From NCBI GenBank assembly GCA_013265495.1, contig MU061326.1, positions 2,420,001-2,484,000 of the forward strand: 64,000 nt of DNA, given 5' to 3'. Below, piece by piece: positions 61,474-64,000 of the stretch (the first letter of the stretch is position 1; each line of letters begins with the position of its first letter). The notes beneath the pieces were generated by a model that searched no databases, was not told where the DNA came from, and saw only the letters and a list, made by a program, of their open reading frames with translations. Source of the DNA: Vicugna vicugna (lineage: Eukaryota). The translations under genes were made by a program, and so were the position numbers.

Positions 61474-63591
61474 TTCTAGGTAATGAGCGCGGTGGGACCG
61501 GTCACGCAGACAGAGCGAGGTGGCCCCAGTAGCGAAGCAGGTGTAACGCTGTCTACCATTTCTGAATTAGGGCATGTTTCAGCATGACAGGACCCCAGAA
61601 TTATCCCTCTCTGTCCCTCTTTATGACCCCATGTCTAGCCCTCTCCCCTCCTAAACTCATTCCCACGGAATCATGATACTTCCCTCCTCAATTCGACCAA
61701 CATTTTCTGTGCACCCAGTGTGTGCCAGGTCCTACTATGCACAGTTGATACAGAAGTAAATAAGTATCAGCTGGCCCTTGGGTTCTCAGGGAGCTTGCCG
61801 TGACTGTCAGGAGATAAATAATAAAGAGATTAGGATTTCTGTGAGGCTTCAGGGCACTGGACCACAGGACTGCACAGCCTTAGCCCGAAAGGTCTGAATT
61901 TCTGCTTCTAAACTTAGAATGGAGAGTAACTTTAGGGTAGGAAGTCCTTCAACACGAGCTGACAATTCTCTTTAAAATAAAGATGAAGCCAACAGAAGAG
62001 AATAGACCTCCTGTCTCTTTGTCCAGTGTGCTTTCTTTTGTGTATTTCTCGTTGTGACATGAATAAATGTAAAGACGTTCCAGTCACACGTGGCACGGAC
62101 GAAAAAGACTTTAGAAATTACAAGTGTGGCCAAAAGGACTCCCGCCCAAGACTGGCCCATTGCACACCTGTTATCCTGGCATAATTCTTTTTAATAGTAC
62201 CCTTTTTTATTCCTCAGACTTGGGCACTAAATCATGTGGTAACTTTACCTATAGCCCAAACCCTCATCCTGGCCACCTAAAAGATATTAGTAAGGCCAGG
62301 TTTTCTCCTTATCAGTTCAAAATTTTGTTTAGGTGATTCTGCAGGGCCCACATCAAATTAAATACCTACTGGTCCTTTCCTCCCCCAAAAAAGTCAGACT
62401 ATTTGCTTCACTGATTGCACAGTTTAATTATCAAATAAATCCCCAAATGCCTAGAAGGACCTCTGGCATATAGTAAAGAACAGTTAGACTTGCCGGATAT
62501 GAGACTATTTCTTGTTTTTAACTGATGAGATGAAGACCTGAGGAAACAGTGTGTACATTGAGGTCTGTGGTTAATAGACTGAAGGCAGAGCCTCCTTCGG
62601 GAAGCCTTGGGTGACTTCTGACTCCCCCGACCCCTCCCCCACCCCCGGCATCCTTGAACAAGCCTTTTCGAGCTTGTCACATTCCCAATTTACTTGTTTC
62701 TTATCTGTCTCCACTGGGGGACCTTGAACTTTTAGTTAGCTGTCATAATCCCAGAATTTAGTCCAATGTCTCACTCATAGCAGGTTCCTAGGAATTTCTG
62801 CATCAAATAGTTACTGTCTGTTGACAAATTCCTGAGATAGAAATAGTAATAATGTCTCAACAAGTATGCCAGAAAAAAGCTCCTGTTACTGATATGATCA
62901 TTGAGGAAACTTTGTTGTTTGGTGGATGTTGTGTGTCAGTAATCAAGGCACCTTAATGAAAGTTGCACTCTAAACACTCACCATGTGAAGGCAGCAGCGA
63001 GACTGATTTGAATCAGCCAGGAAGCAGACACTTTACCAACAGGAACAGAACCAGACCTCATTTCTCCTTAGAAAGGAAACTGGTACCGACCAACCAACCA
63101 AAAGCAGACAGAATGGAACAGAGAACTGTTAAAAGTTGAATTGTGGCAGCTTGGCCCGTCCCAGATACGTCCCATCCAAGCCCAATCTTGTTCCTAGAGA
63201 TTTCCAGAGTAAGAACCATGGAGGCAGCGGGTTCTTGTCTGGGCGGTACCAGGATCCCTTCGCAGCAATACGAAGGAGACGTTTGGCTGTCTCTTATGAA
63301 CAGGCATTGTAGACTAAAAACTGGGAGCCAGCAGTCTTTCCTCTCCTGAAGGAAAAAGAAGAAAAACTGTCAGAACAGAGAATCTGTTGGAGGAATCCAA
63401 GGCAGTGTTGGCCCATATCCTTCCGTAAAGGCATGTAACACAGACGATGGGTCCACCTCCAGGATGAATCTCCTTAACCAGAGACAGCTGTTGATAGAAG
63501 GAAAATTGTCCACCCAGCTTTAAATGACGGGCAGGTGGTCAACATGGGAAAAGATTTTACTAGAAACTCAGAATGGATGGAAGGAGAGAGA

Positions 63592-63746
63592 GGGAGGGTG
63601 TAGCTCAGTGTTAGAGTGCATGATTAGCATACACAAAGTCCTGGGTTTAATCCCCAGAACCTCCATCAAAATAAATAAATAATAAACTTAATTACATGCC
63701 CCCCAACCCCCCCCAAAAAAGCCAAAAAACTAAACCAAACAAAAAA
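63592..63746 (+). mobile_element. tRNA-Ala-derived SINE (Vic-1 type)
   Basis: gggagggtgtagctcagtgttagagtgcatgattagcat...ctgggtttaatcccc...aaacttaattac. Confidence 0.92.
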
Positions 63747-63808
63747 GTCATTAAGTTGTACGCTGAAAACTGATACAATGTTATATGTCAATTGTATCTC
63801 AATAAAAA
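63747..63808 (+). mobile_element. L1 extreme 3' end directly after the SINE
   Basis: tcattaagttgtacgctgaaaactgatacaatgttatatgtcaattgtatctcaataaaaa (L1MA-type terminus). Confidence 0.82.
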
Positions 63809-64000
63809 CGTAGGTGTAGCAATAAAACGTGAGGACATGAAACGTATAAAAAGCATGAAAAGCATGAAACGTAAGGACATCAGAGTTTAACACCTATGCT
63901 ACCAATTGGCTAAGTCACGTTGACTTTGGGTAGCTCTCTGCATCAATCCTGTATAGTCAAATGAATTGTTTTTATTTTTGTTTATTATACCTACTCCTAC

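Noticed and set aside
1..64000. CRISPR arrays, operons or other prokaryotic systems
   Set aside because: The sequence is mammalian; no repeat-spacer array and no gene-dense region.

Overview
Mammalian genomic DNA, almost certainly camelid: it carries 11 copies of a tRNA-Ala-derived SINE matching my recollection of camelid Vic-1, plus young artiodactyl-type L1 3' ends. I recognise no cellular protein-coding gene. The ORF track looks like chance ORFs, except fossil L1 ORF1/ORF2 pieces near 36.7-38.4 kb. The window is intergenic or deep-intronic and repeat-rich (SINEs, L1, L2, MIR, ERV1 and MaLR LTRs, hAT and Tigger fossils), with several regulatory-looking patches and orphan exon-like segments that could belong to unannotated lncRNAs. 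The most notable structures are: a TSD-flanked composite insertion (SINE + unique DNA + L1 tail, 23178-23449) suggesting SINE-mediated 3' transduction; a ~510 bp tandem duplication with uneven divergence; an LTR containing an internal polypurine tract and second LTR start; a non-repeat hairpin at 12.5 kb; and a minus-strand terminal-exon candidate at 63.3 kb. I did not find a clearly new biological system. Repeat family names come from memory of consensus sequences, not from a search, and boundaries of old repeats are approximate.
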